The position numbers and the translations under genes were made by a program. Of a stretch of 59,260 nucleotides of DNA, positions 57,954-59,260 are shown one piece after another. The notes under the pieces are model-generated. The model saw nothing but the letters and a program-made list of their open reading frames with translations, did no database searches and was not told the DNA's origin. Each line of letters begins with the position of its first letter. Position 1 is the stretch's first letter. Source of the DNA: Myxococcota bacterium (GTDB lineage Bacteria; Myxococcota; XYA12-FULL-58-9; JALHOP01); NCBI GenBank assembly GCA_041288095.1, contig JBGGMJ010000126.1, forward strand, positions 1-59,260, read 5' to 3'.

Positions 57954-58153
57954 CGGTGTGCTTGAGCGCGAGAGGGAAGCGTTTTTCTGCCGCTTTTTCG
58001 GCTTCTTCGCCTCCTCCTCTTGAACCTGCGACGCTCTAGTCATGTCACACCTGTCTAGGCCTCGCAAAGATGGGGATGGGTGCCTTTCGGGCTCGGTTTC
58101 GGCCTGCAGGCGGTCCTATGAGCGTACACGTACCCATTGTCGTCTTCTTTGAG

Positions 58154-58180
58154 TTATCGGCGACGACGAAAAAGTGTTGC
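58154..58180 (-). promoter_or_regulatory. sigma28-like motif GCAA-N15-GCCGATAA
   Basis: Perfect FliA-type -10 box (GCCGATAA) with 15-nt spacer, oriented toward the kinase gene. Confidence 0.65.
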
Positions 58181-58294
58181 TAGGGCTGGTCAATCGGGTG
58201 CGGGACCGAATAAAGGGGTACACCTTCCGGGCTCAAACCCCCGGTATTTGGGACCTCGCAGCCCGCGATGGCCCCTAAAAGGAGACGTCGCCCA

Positions 58295-59260
58295 GTGAAG
58301 CTTGCTCCCCCACACCTCGTTTTCAATGACTCGAAACTCCGTGACAAGTACGCCCGCCGTCGCATGCCGATGACGACGATGTACGAGGCGTACTTTGACG
58401 GCGCCATCGACATCGTGGGGGACATGAATACGTTTTTGCGGACACGCAACGACGTCGTCACTTTTTCGATCACCAAGTCGCACCTGAAGTGGGCGATCAC
58501 GAACTTCATTCCTGAAGTCGTCGTCCACACCAAGAGCCAGGACACCCGCATCGTCCGCGAGCACTACGACCGCGGCAACGACTTCTTCGGCTGGTTCCTC
58601 GGCGAGCGCATGGTCTACACCTCGGGCTTCTTCACCAACCCCGGTGAGACCCTCGAGCAGGCCCAGGACAACAAGCTCAACCTGGTTTGCCAGAAGCTGC
58701 AGATCAAGCCGGGCGACAAGCTCCTCGACATCGGCTGCGGCTGGGGCACCATGGTGCGCCACGCGGCTCGCGAGTACGGCGCCGACGCCACGGGCGTTAC
58801 GCTATCGCGGAATCAGACCGAGATGGCCATGGAGCGCATCAAGGCCGACGGCACCCAGGACCGCGCGCGCATCCTGTGCTGCGACTACCGCGACACGCCC
58901 AAGAAGACCTTCGACAAGATCGTCTCGCTCGAGATGGTCGAGCACGTCGGCGTGAAGAACCTCAAGGGGTTCTACGAGATGTGCTACGAGCTGCTCGCCG
59001 ACGACGGCCTGTTCCTCTTGCAGTGGACCGGTCTGCGCCGCGGCCTGCGTCCCGAGGATCTCATCTGGGGCTTGTTCATGAACAAGTACATCTTCCCGGG
59101 TGCGGACGCCTCGCTCTGCCCGTCGCCGATGATCAAGGTGATGGAGAAGGCCGGCTTCGAGATGCACACGGCCGAGAATGTGACCATCCACTACGGCCTG
59201 ACCATGAAGAAGTGGCACGAGAACTGGCTCTCGAACCGCGAGGCCATCGTCGCCAAGTAC
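58295..59260 (+). CDS. Cyclopropane-fatty-acyl synthase family methyltransferase, sphingolipid C9-methyltransferase-like (3' partial)
   Basis: Absent from the ORF track because it runs off the window; manually translated from GTG 58295 (AAGGAG RBS). Motifs HYDRGNDFF.WFLG.RMVYTSG, LEQAQDNKL, LLDIGCGWG, SLEMVEHVG and EDLIWGLFMNKYIFPGADAS. Confidence 0.9.
   Translation, partial: MKLAPPHLVFNDSKLRDKYARRRMPMTTMYEAYFDGAIDIVGDMNTFLRTRNDVVTFSITKSHLKWAITNFIPEVVVHTKSQDTRIVREHYDRGNDFFGWFLGERMVYTSGFFTNPGETLEQAQDNKLNLVCQKLQIKPGDKLLDIGCGWGTMVRHAAREYGADATGVTLSRNQTEMAMERIKADGTQDRARILCCDYRDTPKKTFDKIVSLEMVEHVGVKNLKGFYEMCYELLADDGLFLLQWTGLRRGLRPEDLIWGLFMNKYIFPGADASLCPSPMIKVMEKAGFEMHTAENVTIHYGLTMKKWHENWLSNREAIVAKY

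Noticed and set aside
1..59260. CRISPR arrays, prophage, IS transposases, integrases, anti-phage defence operon (considered for the caspase)
   Set aside because: No direct-repeat/spacer arrays or mobile-element genes were seen. The caspase has a signal peptide and sigma/anti-sigma neighbours rather than gasdermin, TIR or NLR partners.

Overview
GC-rich, gene-dense 59 kb bacterial chromosomal segment. Gene content points to a Myxococcota/deltaproteobacterial genome: a TIGR04551-type barrel, MYXO-CTERM-like tails, Cys-rich CDGxDNDC repeats, a PEGA Ser/Thr kinase and a DUF1592/DUF1552 pair. Housekeeping genes are panB-panC (with a pan-motif-like leader), a fadN/fadA-type beta-oxidation pair, gltX, lysA-dapA and dnaK. 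Between them lie three ECF sigma-factor signalling cassettes: two sigma/FecR-TPR/putative outer-membrane protein triplets and one sigma/anti-sigma/secreted caspase triplet. Each cassette carries its own duplicated promoter-like motif that points to likely target genes. The most notable non-gene signals are (i) a divergent inverted pair of ~180-nt structured elements at 11.6-12.1 kb with multiple compensatory base changes and (ii) a recurrent sigma28-like motif, GCA[AC]-N15-G[CT]CGA[TG], in seven intergenic regions. Several of those sites precede signal-peptide-less orphan or effector-like genes, including a peptidoglycan-binding lytic transglycosylase. Also present are a catalytically degenerate 5'-nucleotidase fused to a beta-barrel, a hairpin-less membrane-fusion protein and a close relative of fungal sphingolipid C9-methyltransferase. 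I found no rRNA, tRNA, CRISPR array, transposase or integrase. All calls come from reading the sequence by eye; no searches were run.
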